A DNA stretch of 64,000 bases from assembly GCA_035650735.1 (NCBI GenBank), contig DASRGZ010000215.1, positions 1 through 64,000 of the forward strand, written 5' to 3'. Under the pieces are notes generated by a model. The model was not told where the DNA came from and ran no database searches. It saw only the letters and a list, made by a program, of their open reading frames with translations. Positions 48,313 through 58,101 of the stretch are shown one piece after another. Position numbers and translations under genes: made by a program. Source of the DNA: Chthonomonadaceae bacterium (GTDB taxonomy: Bacteria; Armatimonadota; Chthonomonadetes; Chthonomonadales; Chthonomonadaceae). How positions within the stretch are numbered: the stretch's first letter is position 1; each line of letters starts with the position of its first letter.

Positions 48313-49695
48313 CTAAATCCAGATGTCGGAGGTGCAGTCACCGCCGGGATAGCGCATCTCATGGGCGCGGGCCGGGCCGCCAGGCTCCTTGCCGAAGTCC
48401 ACGTAGAAGTTCTCGTTGATCTTCAGGCCGCCGTTGTCCGTGTCGCAATCAATCTGGAGCATGTAAGAGCCGGACTTGGCCATATCGGGATAGAACTGGT
48501 TGTCCCAGGTGCTGAAGAGCGAGTTGGTGACGTAGAGCCGCTTGCCGTCCAGGCTAAGCTGGAGCATCTGCGGCCCGCCCTCCAGCTTATGGCCCTGCAC
48601 CGTGCCCGCGTTGCCGAGCAGTCCGCCGCACCAGACCTGCCCCGTCAACTTCGGATGGGCGGGATCGCGGATGTCGTACTGGCGGATGTCGCCGTGCAGC
48701 CAGTTCGAGCAATAGAGGTAGCGGTCGTCCATCGAGAGAAGCAGGTCGGTGATCAACGACGGGACGGGGATCGGCCAGCCTTCGACCTCCACCGACGGTA
48801 TATCAATGACCTTTTCCGCCTGCCACTCGCCTCCGTCCTGCTTGGAGAAGTGCCACATATTGCTGCTGAGCGCTGCCGCGACGTATCCGTGCGTGCTGTC
48901 CGGATTGTGATGGAAGCGGACTTCCAGCGGGATCATCCCCTCCTCGCCCAGGTCCACGCTCTTAATAATCTCGTGATTGTTCCAGTCCCAGAAGTGAATC
49001 TGATGACCGTACTTCCCGGCAGCGACATCGTTGAGGTCGAAGCCGGGATAGTAGGTCTTGGGCGCGCCCCACTCGCTGCTAACCATGACGTTGTGACGGG
49101 GCTGATACCAGAAGTCGTAGTTGAAGCGCATCCCGTCCATCTTATGTTCCCAGCGGCCCGCGATGTCAAATTTATCGTCCAGCAGCAGGAAACCGCCCGG
49201 CCCGTTGCCCTCGCTGTCGCCCAGCATCGAGAGCATCACATGGCCGTCGGCCAGGCAGTGGACGGTGTGCGGGGCCGTGAGGTTGACTTTAGACTTGACC
49301 TCCTCCGGCTCGATGACCTTGTGGAGTTTGGGGGCGCGCTCATCGGCGGTATCTATAATGTGGACGCGGCTGGAGCGCTGGCCGGGAACGACCAGGAAGC
49401 GGCGGGATTTGGTCTCATCGCCGTAGCAGGAGCTACAGGCATTCCATCCGAAGTGATGCAGCTCATCTCCGATGTTAGGCATGGGTGTGCGGTGAATGAC
49501 CTGGGAGTAGGTCGGGGAGCTGGGGTCTACATCTACGGTCGCCAGGTAGTCCGGCTCTTCGATCCCGGTTCCTGTGTAGAGCGCAATCGTGTAGAGTACT
49601 TTTTCGCGCTCCGCCTGCATCGCCTCGGCAGGCGAGGCATAGCCGGGACCGCAGCAGGCGTGGGCTTCGTGACCGGTCGCATGCATCTCAGACAT
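48313..49695 (-). CDS. Selenium-binding protein SBP56 (SELENBP1/methanethiol oxidase-like)
   Basis: GPGYASP, DELHHFGWNACSSC, YDFWYQP, GGPQMLQLSLDG, GGDCTSDIW. Confidence 0.93.
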   Translation of the reverse strand: MSEMHATGHEAHACCGPGYASPAEAMQAEREKVLYTIALYTGTGIEEPDYLATVDVDPSSPTYSQVIHRTPMPNIGDELHHFGWNACSSCYGDETKSRRFLVVPGQRSSRVHIIDTADERAPKLHKVIEPEEVKSKVNLTAPHTVHCLADGHVMLSMLGDSEGNGPGGFLLLDDKFDIAGRWEHKMDGMRFNYDFWYQPRHNVMVSSEWGAPKTYYPGFDLNDVAAGKYGHQIHFWDWNNHEIIKSVDLGEEGMIPLEVRFHHNPDSTHGYVAAALSSNMWHFSKQDGGEWQAEKVIDIPSVEVEGWPIPVPSLITDLLLSMDDRYLYCSNWLHGDIRQYDIRDPAHPKLTGQVWCGGLLGNAGTVQGHKLEGGPQMLQLSLDGKRLYVTNSLFSTWDNQFYPDMAKSGSYMLQIDCDTDNGGLKINENFYVDFGKEPGGPARAHEMRYPGGDCTSDIWI

Positions 49696-49899
49696 GGTTA
49701 CCCTCCTCGTGAGGCAGCGGCTCCTTCTGGGGAGTTCACAGGCAGGCTGCCGGATGATCTTGACCAAGTACATGTACGAGGTCATTCTAACATAGGGCTG
49801 TACGCGCGTCAAGGAGTTTCGCGGCAGGCTAAACCCTGTCGCCTTTGCGCAGGAATCGCCGCGCTAAACCCGAAACTCAATCCAAAAGGAGGCCATAAC

Positions 49900-50838
49900 A
49901 TGCCAAGAGCCATCGGGCGGAGTTGCCTGCTCACTGCGCTTGTGCTTGTCCTGGGAAGCGCCGCAGAAGGCGCAGTGGCGGTCAAGCAGATCACCTACCA
50001 CGGCTGGCCGGGGGCCTATCAGCTTTCGAACGGGACGGTGGAGCTCGTCGTCGTGCCCCAGATCGGGCGCATCATGCGTTACGGCTACGTCGGTGGCCGG
50101 AATATGCTCTGGGAGAACCCCAGACTGCGCGGTAAGACAGCCGACCCGGCGCAGGCCGCCAAAGAGTGGCCCAACTTCGGAGGCGACAAGCTCTGGAACG
50201 CCCCGCAATCGAGGTGGAACTGGCCGCCCGACCCGGACATTGATAGCGCCCCGCAGGCGGTGCGCGTCTTGCCCAACAATCATCTGCTTCTTACCGGGCA
50301 GTCCAGCAAACAGTTCGGCGTCCGCTTCACCCGCGAGATCGCCCTCGATCCGACGGGCACGGGCGTCACGCTGACCAACAGGATGGAGAACACGGCGGAT
50401 AAGGACGTGGAATGGGGCGTCTGGGAGGTGGCACAGGTGGATTCGCCGGACGTGGCACGCCTACCGTTCTACGACAAAGGTAGGAATCCGAGCGGCTACT
50501 ATATCTTTAAAGGCAGCGAGCCGGCCCCGGATAGGGTGCGCGTGGAGGGCAAAGAAGTCCTGTTTCGGCGGCATCCGAAGCGTTCCGGCAAGATCGGCGC
50601 GGACTCGCCGGAGGGCTGGATTGCTGAGGATAAAGCGGGCCTGCGGATGACGGTCTCGGCGGCCTATGAGCCGGGCCAGAACTATCCGGACGACGGCTGC
50701 GGACAGGAGATCTGGTCGAACCCCGATCCGGATCGCTATATGGAACTGGAATTATTAAGCCCCATTCGGACCCTCCATCCCGGCGACGCCATGACCTTTG
50801 AGACGCACTGGCGTCTGGAGCGGATAGCGGGCGGCTAA
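49900..50838 (+). CDS. Exported DUF4380-like protein
   Basis: AAGGAGG SD; PQIGRIM, NFGGDKLWNAPQ..WPPDP, YMELELLSP. Confidence 0.8.
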   Translation: MPRAIGRSCLLTALVLVLGSAAEGAVAVKQITYHGWPGAYQLSNGTVELVVVPQIGRIMRYGYVGGRNMLWENPRLRGKTADPAQAAKEWPNFGGDKLWNAPQSRWNWPPDPDIDSAPQAVRVLPNNHLLLTGQSSKQFGVRFTREIALDPTGTGVTLTNRMENTADKDVEWGVWEVAQVDSPDVARLPFYDKGRNPSGYYIFKGSEPAPDRVRVEGKEVLFRRHPKRSGKIGADSPEGWIAEDKAGLRMTVSAAYEPGQNYPDDGCGQEIWSNPDPDRYMELELLSPIRTLHPGDAMTFETHWRLERIAGG

Positions 50839-50904
50839 GGGCCTCTGTCTCTCCTTATCACCCTAGCCCTCCATGTGCGGGGCGCACCACCGAGCATGAA
50901 AACA

Positions 50905-51078
50905 CTCTCCCCTCCCCTGTTGTTGGGGATCGCCAGGCGGAGGGGTGTGGCAAGGCAGAGCCGTGTCGCAAGGTGTCGCAAGGCGGAGGCAAGGGCCGTA
51001 ACCTTGCCGACCCTGGCAGTGGGGCGAACCGTTGTAGCCCCGCCCCTGGCAGTGGGTGGCCGAAGGCCGGGGTGGGGG
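50905..51078 (+). repeat. REP hairpin with modular insert (copy 3)
   Basis: TCGCAAGGTGTCGCAAGGCGGAGG and two CC(G)xCCCTGGCAGTGG units. Confidence 0.75.
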
Positions 51079-51085
51079 CCTATTT

Positions 51086-53827
51086 TCACCCTAGCGACTT
51101 GAGCGCAGAGGCGAGGAAATGCACACCGCCGAGGTGCCGCAGCAGGCCGTCCGGCTGATCGCCCAATCCACCGTGCGGCCGCAGCGTGGTGAGCAGGAGT
51201 CGCCCGCCGCCGGGGAAGGCCGCTTCCGTCAGGTAGTCGGTCACGGCGAAGGTGCGGGCGTCCACCCGGCGCAGCAGCGGGCGGAAGGCGGCCTCCGGGA
51301 AAGCGGCGGCAAGGGCGTCCGGGTCGAGCGCGCAGTCCGGGCCGAGGCCGTAGAAGTTGAGGTCGGTAAAGCCCTCGTGCGGGAACGCATTCCAGAACGG
51401 GCGTGGCTCAAACAGCTTCATCGCCTCCCGCCAGAAGGGACATTCGACGACCGGCAGCCCGCCGCCTCTATCCACAAAGACGAAGGCGCGTCCGCCGTTG
51501 CGCAGGAAGTCCGCGATTTCCGGCCTCCAGCGCGACGCGACGAGCATGGAAGTTCCCCGTTCTGGAGCGGAAGGCGATTGGTCCAGATTTTCCCACTGCG
51601 CGCCGTACCGCTCCAATCCGGCCAGGCGGTTGTCCGGGTCATAGGCGGCCCAGGCAGGCAGCGCGCTCCAGTCCGGGCGCGGCACGATCCAGAGCGGCCA
51701 CTCGTTTTCTATTGTCTCCCCTGTCTCCAGCCGCACGGTAACACGCAGCAGCAGGCGCGTCATCGCAGCAACGGTGGGCGCTTGCAGTTCCACCAGGCCC
51801 AACTGCCGCACTTCGCCGGACACCAGGGAACTTCCTATAGCCTCCGCCAAGATCCCGGCTGCGATCCGCCTGCCGCTTGCTTCCCGCAACTCCCACCGGG
51901 CCTCGGCGACTGTGCTCTCTAACCCATAGTGCGAGATGCCGATACGCGGCAGGAGCGTGTCGCCGCTCCAGTGATTCCAGTGGTCAATATAGGAAGGGCG
52001 GTCGCCGCCCGCAACCCAGTTGCGCCGCCGATGCCAGCCGAGAAAGAGAACGGTATCGGCGTTGAAGCGGCGGAACTCCTCCGGTGTGTAACGGAAATCA
52101 CCGAAGTCGTCGAACATCCCGGCGATGGAGATGGGCGTATCCCGCAGGCCCGTGATAACATAGCCGGACATCTCCCGATAGGAGCGCACCAGTTCGACCG
52201 TGAACTTACGGTGCAACAGAGTCTGCCGACGCTGGCTCTCCTTTAACTCCTCCCGCCGAGCGAACAGGTTGTGCCGCTCCATCTGCGCCCACTGCCCGGT
52301 GATATTCATGTCCCAGCGCGCGCCTTGCGGGTTGCGGCGCGGATCGGCGACGGCCCACCAGGGCAGTTCCCCGCCGTTGGCCTCGCGCAGCGCGACGAAA
52401 TCGCGGAAGGCGTCGGCGTCGCAGAACTCTCCGAAGAGCCAGGGCTGCGCGGGCCGCCAGCGCGGCAGGAAGTAGTCGAAAGTGTTGCGGAGGAACGGCA
52501 GGTCACAGTAGAAATGATAATCGTAGTAGTCCGCGTACTCTTTGAGCAGGCCGCCGTAGCACTCTCCACCGCCGCTGTTGTCGCGCACGAGCGGACTTTC
52601 GGTCAACTCCTTGACACGGTCATACAGCTTGTGCAGAAATTCGTCGCCGCAGGAGGCGGACAACTCACAGCCGAGCGTCCAGATAACGATACACGGATGG
52701 TGCCGTACCTGCCGCACGATGGCCTCGTACTCCCGCAACGTATGTTCGCGCTGTTCGGCGCTCATCTCCGGCAGCCAGAGCGGCAGTTCTAGCCAGACCA
52801 GCATTCCCATCTCGTCGCACAGGTCGAGATAGGCAGGCGGCGGAACCCACAGACAGCACTTGACGCCGTTGTAGCCGAGCGCGCGGATCTTCTCCAGTTC
52901 GGCGCGCATCATCTCGACGGGCGGGTTGCAGTGCAGCGTTTCGGGATACCAGCCCCAGGAGAGCGGCATACGCGGATAGAAGGGAACGCCGTTGAGGAGC
53001 GGCGTGTCGCCTTCCACGCGCACCTGCCGGAAACCAAAGCGTATCTGGCCCTCGTCGCTCCGTTTCCCATGATGGTAGAGCCGCACGACCGCCGTGTATA
53101 GCGCTGGCGTTTCGGAGGACCAGTTTTCGGCGGTGGGCACGAGAGCGCACAGTTCCCCGTCGGCAATCTCCCCCGTCGGTTCCGGCGCGTTCGTCTCGGC
53201 CCAGCCTACTCCTGTCTGAATCTTCTGTCCCTGCGCATCTAAAATCTCTAGCTCGTACCGCTCGGATTCATCGTAGGGCAGCATCCCCTCGTCCTGTTGC
53301 AATACGACCATGCCGTTATCGGGCCGCGCCAACAGACGCAGCCCTTCGGGAAGCCGGACGGGGCCAGTCACCTCCAGGGTCACATCCTGCCAGATGCCGC
53401 CGAACAGGTAGCCCCAGACGTAGGGCAGGAATCCGGCGGTCGTCTGTTTTGTCGGGTAGGTCAGCCCGCCCGGCTTGATAACCCGCACCAGGATTTCTGC
53501 CTCCGCCGCGTCGCCGACCGCCTCCGTCACCTCCAGCGTGAAAGCATCCCACGCGCCGATGTGCGCGCCGACCTCCACGCCGTTGACCCAGACTGTGCAG
53601 GCGTAGGAGACGGCCCCGAAGCGCAGCCAGAGCCGTCGGCCTTCTCCCCGCCACGCTTCAGGAATCTCCACCGTGCGCCGGTACCAGCCCGGCCCCTCCC
53701 AATCGTGCGGCAGACCGAGATTTTCCCAGCAGCCAGGGACGGCCAGCGGCTGCCAGTCATCACGGTCTTCGGGTCGAAACTGCCAGAGGCGGGAGAGCGA
53801 TATCGAACGGTCGTCAGGACGTATCAC
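51086..53827 (-). CDS. Glycoside hydrolase family 2 protein
   Basis: GWYRR, LRFGAVSY, GGIWQDV, FGFRQV, HPCIVIWTLGCE, WLFGEF. Confidence 0.85.
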   Translation of the reverse strand: MIRPDDRSISLSRLWQFRPEDRDDWQPLAVPGCWENLGLPHDWEGPGWYRRTVEIPEAWRGEGRRLWLRFGAVSYACTVWVNGVEVGAHIGAWDAFTLEVTEAVGDAAEAEILVRVIKPGGLTYPTKQTTAGFLPYVWGYLFGGIWQDVTLEVTGPVRLPEGLRLLARPDNGMVVLQQDEGMLPYDESERYELEILDAQGQKIQTGVGWAETNAPEPTGEIADGELCALVPTAENWSSETPALYTAVVRLYHHGKRSDEGQIRFGFRQVRVEGDTPLLNGVPFYPRMPLSWGWYPETLHCNPPVEMMRAELEKIRALGYNGVKCCLWVPPPAYLDLCDEMGMLVWLELPLWLPEMSAEQREHTLREYEAIVRQVRHHPCIVIWTLGCELSASCGDEFLHKLYDRVKELTESPLVRDNSGGGECYGGLLKEYADYYDYHFYCDLPFLRNTFDYFLPRWRPAQPWLFGEFCDADAFRDFVALREANGGELPWWAVADPRRNPQGARWDMNITGQWAQMERHNLFARREELKESQRRQTLLHRKFTVELVRSYREMSGYVITGLRDTPISIAGMFDDFGDFRYTPEEFRRFNADTVLFLGWHRRRNWVAGGDRPSYIDHWNHWSGDTLLPRIGISHYGLESTVAEARWELREASGRRIAAGILAEAIGSSLVSGEVRQLGLVELQAPTVAAMTRLLLRVTVRLETGETIENEWPLWIVPRPDWSALPAWAAYDPDNRLAGLERYGAQWENLDQSPSAPERGTSMLVASRWRPEIADFLRNGGRAFVFVDRGGGLPVVECPFWREAMKLFEPRPFWNAFPHEGFTDLNFYGLGPDCALDPDALAAAFPEAAFRPLLRRVDARTFAVTDYLTEAAFPGGGRLLLTTLRPHGGLGDQPDGLLRHLGGVHFLASALKSLG

Positions 53828-53844
53828 AAGCCAAAAACCCCTTA

Positions 53845-53925
53845 ACACGGATGGGACAGATCAAACGGATACCACGGATTCCAGGCCCTTATCCGTTCTA
53901 TCCGTGTCATCCGTCCCATCCGTGT
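53845..53925. repeat. (A)CGGAT-type palindromic repeat
   Basis: ACACGGATGGGACAGAT..ACGGAT / ATCCGT..ATCCGTCCCATCCGTGT. Confidence 0.7.
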
Positions 53926-53930
53926 TTATT

Positions 53931-54045
53931 TAGATAACCCAAGTTGCTACCTAGGAACACGTTTGAGAGAGAATCGCTCTGGAAACCGGCTTTTGCATCA
54001 CCGTTTGCCTTCTCGAAGAGGCAAGGTAGCAACTTGAGTTAGATA
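53931..54045 (+). mobile_element. MITE copy 1 (103 bp plus flanking TAGATA)
   Basis: TIR ACCCAAGTTGCTACC/GGTAGCAACTTGAGT; identical to 57959-58073. Confidence 0.85.
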
Positions 54046-54803
54046 GGTTTGCCGTTGCGGCGCAGAGGCAGTTCGGCGAAGGCGCACTTGTTGCCCCAGC
54101 GATCCAGCGTCTCCATCGTCTTGTACTCGTTGATAATGGCCGAGCGGTTGCGGTCGGTCGTATTGGGCGAGGCGCGATGGACGATGAGGACGTGGATGAT
54201 GGCGACAGAGCCGGCGCGCACGGCCACCGGCACAGGCTCTCTCCCGAACTCCTTCACCTGCTCTTCCGAGATGGCGTTGTGCTCGTCGTGCGGCCACTCG
54301 CCCTGCTTGTGGCTGCCGGGGATCACCTCGGTAGCCGCCGCGCCGACATCGGTATCATCCAGATAGAAGAGGGCGGCGGCGAGATCGGGCGACGTGTGGT
54401 GCTCATAGGGCCAGTCTTGATGCCATATCTGATGGGTCTGATAGCCCGGCGGCTTGATGCGCGCCTTGCCGTTATGGAAGTTGATGTTGGGGCCGAGCAG
54501 ATCGGCCATGGCGTCCACCACGCGCGGGTCGCGGATATTGTTGTACCACCAGTCGCCCGCTAACGGCGTATCGAAGATCATCCAGACGCGGCGCGGGTTG
54601 TCCGGATCTATTGGATACTTGCCGGCCTCTTCGGGCGGCTCATACGAAAACTGCACGCCGGGCCGCGCGCTATCCGGGTCACGCAGCAGCGCGCGCATCT
54701 GCCGCCGCGCCTCCGCCAACTCCGCCTGCGACCAGACATTCTCGAGCACAAGATAGCCGTTCGCATTAAAAAACGCTTTCTGTTCCTGAGTGAGCATCCC
54801 CAT
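54039..54803 (-). CDS. Phytanoyl-CoA dioxygenase family protein
   Basis: WHQDW, YLDD, VIPGSH. Confidence 0.9.
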   Translation of the reverse strand: MGMLTQEQKAFFNANGYLVLENVWSQAELAEARRQMRALLRDPDSARPGVQFSYEPPEEAGKYPIDPDNPRRVWMIFDTPLAGDWWYNNIRDPRVVDAMADLLGPNINFHNGKARIKPPGYQTHQIWHQDWPYEHHTSPDLAAALFYLDDTDVGAAATEVIPGSHKQGEWPHDEHNAISEEQVKEFGREPVPVAVRAGSVAIIHVLIVHRASPNTTDRNRSAIINEYKTMETLDRWGNKCAFAELPLRRNGKPI

Positions 54804-54889
54804 CTCCCATCGTGAAAAAGGCCCCTACCCCCATCCCCTCCTCCAAGAACAGGAGAGGGGATAAGCATTTGCAGGGAGGCCATATTATC

Positions 54890-56944
54890 TTATTCTGCTT
54901 TGAGCCAGCGATTGAGCCATTCCAGATTGCGGCGCAGGCGGTCGAGGCGTAGGTTGGGCGGGCCGTTGCGAGACAGGCCGTGCGAAGTCTCCGCCGGATA
55001 GCGCACAAACTCGACCGTCTTGCGCTGGAGGCGCAGGGCCGCGAACAGCTCCTCCGCCTGCCCGACCGGGCAGCGCAGGTCGCCGTCGCTATGGATCAGG
55101 AGCAGCGGCGTCGTGATGCGGCCCGCATAGGCTAGCGGCGAGCAGCGCCACAGATCGGAAGGGTCATCCCAGGCATTGCCCTTGAAATAGACGCTATGCC
55201 GCCAGGGAAAATCGTCCGTGCCGCTCATGCTGTGCAGATTAGCGACGAGGCGATCCGCAATGGCGCAGGTAAAGCGGTCGGTATGGCCGACGGCCCAGGC
55301 CGTCATAAAGCCGCCGTAAGAGCCGCCCATGATGGCCGTGCGGTGGGCGTTCACATAGTCCAGGCCGGTAGCGTAGTCCGCCGCCGCCATGATGTCGCGG
55401 AAGTCCGCCCCGCCCCAATCGCCTTTGATGGCCTTTGTGTGCGCCTCGCCATAGCCCTTGCTGCCGCGCGGATTGGTGTACAGGACGACGTAACCCTCCG
55501 CCGCTAACCACTGCAACTCGTGGAAGAGCGTGTTGCCGTACTGCATATGCGGGCCGCCATGCACATAGAGGACGAGCGGATACTTCTGCGTCGGGTCGAA
55601 GTCCGGCGGCCTGAGAAGCCAGCCCTGCACCGTGCCCCCCTCGCCGTTCGGGATGCGCAACCGCTCCGGATGGACAAGCTGCACCTCGTTCCGCCATTCC
55701 CGATTGAAGGAAGTCTTCGTGATTTCGAACGTGCGAATAAAGCGCCTGCCGGCCTCAGCCTCTATCCCCGTTCCGTCCTGCCATTGGAAAACGTAGAGCT
55801 CCTGCGGCGTCGTGGAGGAGGCGAGCGTCACCGCGAACGTGCGGTCATCCGAGGCGACATCAAAATCGCCCATCTCGGCCTCAACGGTCACCAGCACCGG
55901 ATCGCCGCTGCCGTCCGCCTCGACAAAGTAGAGCTGGCAGTTGCCTAGCGCGCTAAAGGGGAAAAACAGCCGCCTGCTGTCGGAAGACCATTGGATCAGA
56001 TCGCCCGTGCCGACATCATGAACATCCGAGAGCGTGAGATAGCCGACCGTCCTATCCGTAGGGCCGGTCAGGTCCAGGGCCGCCTCGCCGCCCTCCGCAG
56101 ACAGGACAAACAGCCGCTGGTTGTTCGTTCCCCATTGATCCTCCGGGTCGGGATTGCCCACGTAGGCGAACATCCTTCCATCCGGTGACCAGGCGAGCGC
56201 GCCTTTGGGGCCGGGCGGCGAGGGAATGCGCGTCAGCTCACCACCCGCGACCGGAACCGTCCATATCTCGTCCCGCTCCGGCTCTATGTCGGCGTCGTCG
56301 CGGCGGTCGGAGAGGAAAGCAAGCGTCTGGCCGTCCGGCGACCAGACCGGCGCACCGCAGTTATAGTCCCCGATGGTCAGTTGGCGGGCTTCGCCGGTCC
56401 GGGCGTCCGCCACCCAGACCTGCCAGTACGAGTCGTCATAGTAGCCGAAGCCGTCCAGCCGGTAGTACAGGCGCTTATGCACGCGTGGCGGGGCCGGAAG
56501 CTCCTTCTTCTGGCGCTCTTCCGTGACCTCCTTGCGGTAGGCTTCGGGCGTCTCGCGGAACAGGAAGGCGATCCGCGTGCCGTCGGGCGACCAGCGAAGG
56601 CCCTGGATGCCGCCCTCTGCTTCCAGCTTCGTCAGGGGCTGCGCCTCCCCGCCGTCCGCCGCGATCACGTAAATCTGGCTCTTGGGCTTTTGCCTATCCG
56701 AGAGGAAAGCAAGGCGCGTCCCATCGGGCGACCAGCGCGGGCTGCTATCGCTCCAATCCCCGCCCGTGAAGCGGCGCGGCTCCCCGCCCTCCCTCGGAAC
56801 CATCCAGATTTCGCCGCGATACTTATTCTTCTCGGCGTCAATATGCTTTACCACACAGGCCACGCGCTTGCCGTCCGGGGCGATCTGCGGGTCGCTCACC
56901 GTACGAATTTGCAGCAAATCTTCCGCCGTTATTTTCCGAGCCAT
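54890..56944 (-). CDS. S9 family peptidase (acylaminoacyl-peptidase-like)
   Basis: WSPDG propeller repeats, VHGGPH, GGSYGG, DLRC, SHG. Confidence 0.93.
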   Translation of the reverse strand: MARKITAEDLLQIRTVSDPQIAPDGKRVACVVKHIDAEKNKYRGEIWMVPREGGEPRRFTGGDWSDSSPRWSPDGTRLAFLSDRQKPKSQIYVIAADGGEAQPLTKLEAEGGIQGLRWSPDGTRIAFLFRETPEAYRKEVTEERQKKELPAPPRVHKRLYYRLDGFGYYDDSYWQVWVADARTGEARQLTIGDYNCGAPVWSPDGQTLAFLSDRRDDADIEPERDEIWTVPVAGGELTRIPSPPGPKGALAWSPDGRMFAYVGNPDPEDQWGTNNQRLFVLSAEGGEAALDLTGPTDRTVGYLTLSDVHDVGTGDLIQWSSDSRRLFFPFSALGNCQLYFVEADGSGDPVLVTVEAEMGDFDVASDDRTFAVTLASSTTPQELYVFQWQDGTGIEAEAGRRFIRTFEITKTSFNREWRNEVQLVHPERLRIPNGEGGTVQGWLLRPPDFDPTQKYPLVLYVHGGPHMQYGNTLFHELQWLAAEGYVVLYTNPRGSKGYGEAHTKAIKGDWGGADFRDIMAAADYATGLDYVNAHRTAIMGGSYGGFMTAWAVGHTDRFTCAIADRLVANLHSMSGTDDFPWRHSVYFKGNAWDDPSDLWRCSPLAYAGRITTPLLLIHSDGDLRCPVGQAEELFAALRLQRKTVEFVRYPAETSHGLSRNGPPNLRLDRLRRNLEWLNRWLKAE

Positions 56945-56976
56945 GGCGACCTACCCTCCTTAAATCCACCACCCGC

Positions 56977-57702
56977 TCAAACTTTCACCCCGTTATGGGC
57001 GACCAGAATGCGATCCTCGACCGTAGCCCCGGTGGAGCGCAGTCGGGTGTGGGCGTGGCAGTACTGCATGATATAGGCTTTGCGCACTTCGGAGGCGGTC
57101 CGGTTTGGGCCGCTCTTGTGCAGCAGCAGCGAGGAGAAGACGGCCATGCTGCCCTTCCGAAGCGGAACCGGGACGCCGGGGTCGGGGCCGTCGTAGCCCA
57201 CCTTGCCGATAGGACTGTCCTTGTGTGGCCGCGTGCCGTTCTTGTGGCTGCCGGGCAGCACCCAGATGCAGCCGTTCTCCAGGGTGGCATCGCTGAGGGC
57301 CAGCCAGCAGGTAAGATACTGCTCCGGATCGATGGGCGTATAGCCGTTGTCCTGGTGCCAGGGAAAATCGCGGGGCGTTTCCGGATGCTTATACACCGAC
57401 TGGTTCCAGTAGAGGCGCACATCCGGCCCCAGCAGTTCCGCCGCCAGCAGGGCCATCTTCTCCTGTGTGGCAAAGGCGCGAATGGCGTCGTCATGCTCGG
57501 CCAGGAACGCCGTGAACTGAATCTCGTCGGCGCGGGAGATGCCTTCCGTACCCTTCTCGCGCAGGCGGGCGTTGTGCGCCTCGGTATATTTTTCAATGAC
57601 CGCCGCCAGTTGATCCATCTCTTCCGCCGTAAAATAGTCCTCCAGGATAAAAAATCCGTCTTTGTCCAACTGCGCGCGCTGCGCTGCCGTCACAATGGCC
57701 AT
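56977..57702 (-). CDS. Phytanoyl-CoA dioxygenase family protein
   Basis: PWHQDNGY, ENGCIWVLPGSH, LLHKSGPN. Confidence 0.92.
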   Translation of the reverse strand: MAIVTAAQRAQLDKDGFFILEDYFTAEEMDQLAAVIEKYTEAHNARLREKGTEGISRADEIQFTAFLAEHDDAIRAFATQEKMALLAAELLGPDVRLYWNQSVYKHPETPRDFPWHQDNGYTPIDPEQYLTCWLALSDATLENGCIWVLPGSHKNGTRPHKDSPIGKVGYDGPDPGVPVPLRKGSMAVFSSLLLHKSGPNRTASEVRKAYIMQYCHAHTRLRSTGATVEDRILVAHNGVKV

Positions 57703-57752
57703 CGGTACGCTCCTTATATAAATAGAATTAAGCCCTTCCGTTTGTCGTTGCG

Positions 57753-57901
57753 GCCCTCACCCCGGCCTGCGGCCACTCCTCTCCCACGCTGCGGGAGAGG
57801 GGAGAGACCTCACCCCCAACCCCTCTCCTTGCGAAGGAGAGGGGAGAACAGAAGTCGGGTCACCCCCTTCCCTGGGAGGGAAGGGGGTCGGGGGGTTAGG
57901 T
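57753..57901. repeat. REP hairpin cluster
   Basis: Same CCCTCACCCC/CCTCTCC hairpins as 17959-18186. Confidence 0.8.
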
Positions 57902-57958
57902 GCCCGAAGGTAAAGAGGAATCCGCTACCCCGTTTGGCGAACGATGCGAATACGCGAA

Positions 57959-58073
57959 TAGATAACCCAAGTTGCTACCTAGGAACACGTTTGAGAGAGA
58001 ATCGCTCTGGAAACCGGCTTTTGCATCACCGTTTGCCTTCTCGAAGAGGCAAGGTAGCAACTTGAGTTAGATA
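57959..58073 (+). mobile_element. MITE copy 2
   Basis: Identical to 53931-54045, same orientation. Confidence 0.85.
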
Positions 58074-58101
58074 ATTTGCCAACGAGAAAGGAAAGACCTG
58101 C

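Noticed and set aside
48361..49899. 825 aa + strand ORF
   Set aside because: The first ~510 codons are the antisense shadow of SBP56; the real gene starts at 49900 with its own SD
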